A DNA stretch of 64,000 nucleotides, from positions 85,994,001 to 86,058,000 of the forward strand of contig NC_091989.1 of NCBI RefSeq assembly GCF_044704955.1, read 5' to 3'. The position numbers were made by a program, and so were the translations under genes. This document shows, one piece after another, positions 61,288 through 64,000 of this stretch. The number at the start of each line of letters is the position of its first letter. The first letter of the stretch is position 1. The notes under the pieces are model-generated. The model was given only the letters and a program-made list of their open reading frames with translations, did not search any database and was not told where the DNA came from. This DNA is from Pristiophorus japonicus. Taxonomy: Eukaryota.

Positions 61288-61501
61288 TATTATGTCTCAA
61301 ATAAAGCAATGTGACTGAGTACTGTGGAATTGAGTTAGTGTGACCTTAGTCTCTTTATTCTGACTCTAGAGTGCTGGCAGAGCATGGGAGGCCTGCTTTA
61401 TATGCAGTGATCCCAAGGGATGCTGGGATCCCTTGCAACTCCAACAGATGCGCCCTCTGGTGGCGGTATAGTGCTGGTTATAAGGTGTTGCGTACATAAC
61501 A
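61288..61501 (-). repeat. 3' LTR of the Gypsy element
   Basis: On the - strand it begins TGTTATG right after a purine tract (GGGATAGAG), contains TATAAAG and AATAAA, and ends GACATAATA. Confidence 0.8.
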
Positions 61502-64000
61502 TTACTCTATCCCAAAGTCAATAGTACACTTATTTACAGGGTGAGACAATCTAGGGCTTTCCGCTCCCTAGTCGATCTTCTCGGTACAAACACAGGTGCC
61601 GGTGAGCTGGTTGGGCCTTTGCTGGGCTGCTGTGCAGTTGGCCTTGCTGGGTTGCTGTGGATGATGAGTTCAGCTTCGTGGTCAGCCGTGATGTCGGTTG
61701 CCACTTGTGTGTGTATTGGAGGGTCGAAGTTGGTGGTGTCCTCTTTAGATTGCTCGTGGCTCTCTGTGAATCGCAGTTTGGTTTGGTCCAAATGCTTTCT
61801 GCAAGTTAGTCCATTTCCAAGTTTGACCTCAAACACCCTACTCCCTTCTTTGGCTATGACAGTGCCAGCAAGCTATTTGGGACCATTTTGAGTACAAATA
61901 CAGGGTCTTTGACTTCAATATCGCGTGACAAATTTGCGCGATCATAGTATATGCTTTGTCGATGCTGCCTGCCCTCGACATGACCATGGGGATCAGGGTG
62001 GGCTAGAGACAGCCTTGTTTTGCGTGCCCTTTTCATGAACAGTTCAGCAGCGGGAACCCCAGTGAGCGAGTGGCATCTTGTGCAGTAGCTGAGCAGGACA
62101 AGGGACAGGTGGGTCTGCAGGGAGCCTTCCGACATGCGTTTCATGCTTTGCTTGATGATTTGGACTGCCCGTTCTGCCTGGACGTTAGATGCAGGCTTGA
62201 CAGGCAGATTTGACGTGCTTGATCCCATTGCGGGTCATGAATTCCTTGAATTCAGCGCTGGTGAAGCATGGCCCATTGTCGCTGACAAGAACATCAGGCA
62301 GGCCGTGCGTGGAAAACATGGCTCGTAGGCTTTCGATGGTGGCAGTGGATGTGCTTACAGATATTATTACACACTCAATCCATTTTGAGTAAGCATCCAC
62401 AACAACAAAAAACATTTTGCTTAGAAACGGGCCAGCAAAGTCAACGTGGATCCTAGACCAAGGTTTGGAGGGCCATGACCACAAACTTAGTGCTGTCTCC
62501 CTGGGTGCATTGCTCAGCTGAGATCAAGTGTTTCATTGGCACACACAAGACTCCAAATCTGAGTCGATGCCGGGCCACCACACATGGGATCTGGCTATAG
62601 CTTTCATCATTACAATGCCTAGGTGGGTACTGTGTAGGTCACGTATGATAATTTCCCTGCCTTTCTTAGGAAAAACCACGTGATTACCCCACAAAAGACA
62701 ATCTGTCTCTATGGACAATTTGTCTTTGCGCTGCTGGAACAGCTTGATCTCTTCATGGCGCACCACTGGGACGCTGGACCAGCTCCCATGGAGCAGACAG
62801 TTTTTTTTACAAGGGACAGTAAAGAATCCTGGCTGGTCCAGGTCCTGATCTGGCGGGCCATAACGGGTGACTTTTTGTTTTCGAATGCATCCATCACCAA
62901 GAGCAAGTCTGCAGGTTGTACCATTTCCACCCTGGTGGTGGGCAATTGTAGCCGACTGAGAGCATCAGTGTAGTTCTCTGTGCCTGGCCTGTGGCGAATT
63001 ACTTAGTTATATGCAGACAGCGTGAGCGCCCATCTTTGGATGTGCGCAGAGGCATTAGTATTAATATATTTGCTCTCTGAGAATAGTGGTATGAGCGGCT
63101 TATGATCAGTTTCTAACTCGAACTTAAGCCCAAACAAATACTGGTGCGTTTTTTTCACCCCGTAAATGCATGCATAGCTTCTTTTTCAATCATGCTGTAG
63201 GCCCTTTCGGCCTTGTACAAACTCCTGGACGCATAAGCGACTAATTGTAATGTTCTCAATTTGTTTGCTTGTTGTAACACACATCCGACCCCGTATGAAG
63301 ACGCATTCAAAGCTAGCACTAAACGTTTTCCTTCTTCATACGGAATAAGCAGTTGTTGGAACATAACAGATTTCTGGCTTTCTCAAAAGCAGTCTCTTGT
63401 GATTTCCCCCATACCCAGTCATCTCCCTTGTGTAGCAACACATGTAGAGGTTCTAGCAAGGTGCTCAACCCGGGTAGGAAAATACCAAAATAATTGAGGA
63501 GCCCCAGAAATGACCGTAGCTCCGTCACATTCTGTGGTCTCGGTGCGGTCTTGATGGCCTCCATCTTGGCATCAGTTGATCTGATGCTGTCTGCCAGGAT
63601 TCTTCTCCCTAATAACTCGAACTATGGCACCAGGAAAACACACTTAGAGCATTTCAACCTGAGTCCCACGCGATCTAGCCAACTTACAACCTCTTCCATG
63701 TTCTGCAAGTGATCGAAGCTGTCCCGACCTGTGATCAATATGTCGTCCTGGAAAACCACGGTGCACAAATCGACTTTAGCAGACTCTCCATGTTACCTTG
63801 AAAAATGGCCGCTGCCGAACGAATACCAAATGGGCATCTATTGTAGATGAACAGAGCTTTGTGAGTGTTGATACAGGTAAGACCTTTCGAAGATTCCGCC
63901 AGCTTCTGCGTCATGTAGGCCAAAGTCAGGTCCAACTTGGTAAATGTCTTCCCTCCTGCCAGCGTCGCAAATAGGTCATCTGCCTTGGGTAGCATGTATT
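61288..64000 (-). mobile_element. Gypsy/Ty3 LTR retrotransposon, 3' half (RT-RNase H-integrase, PPT, 3' LTR); runs off the window
   Basis: FTKLDL..RCPFGIRSAAAIFQ, FQDDILIT, ELRSFLGLLNYF, ASSYGVG..AYASRSL, H..HLG..WWPG..C, RIHVDFAGPF, DNGPCF, AERAVQ; frameshifted. Confidence 0.93.

Overview
Eukaryotic (vertebrate) genomic DNA, most likely from a cartilaginous fish. That is inferred from the HER1/CR1-type LINEs with GGCC-GAAT-GGCC 3' hairpins and octamer tails, a Deu-domain SINE remnant and the Harbinger/Gypsy families present. By my rough tally about 70-75% of the window is decayed transposable elements: many nested CR1 LINEs, an RTE, an RTE-X remnant, two Harbinger-type DNA transposons, MITEs, a solo LTR and the 3' half of a Gypsy element. 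Most entries in the ORF track are fragments or antisense shadows of these. One intact host gene can be assembled by hand on the + strand from 7 exons with canonical GT-AG sites and consistent phases: 40917-40971, 41174-41494, 47209-47490, 50610-50729, 51306-51349, 52112-52213, 52343-52516 (1098 nt, 365 aa). It encodes a leader, a compact germline-joined VJ-type Ig domain, one C1-set domain, an uncharged TM helix and a tail with four tyrosine motifs (LSYAAL, DVYAQT, LTYVSL, AEYAEI) laid out like those of SIRP-alpha. It looks like a non-rearranging, antigen-receptor-shaped inhibitory receptor. An IRF/ISRE-CRE-CCAAT-RUNX motif cluster lies about 120-170 bp upstream of its ATG. Repeat boundaries are approximate unless a target-site duplication (TSD) is cited.
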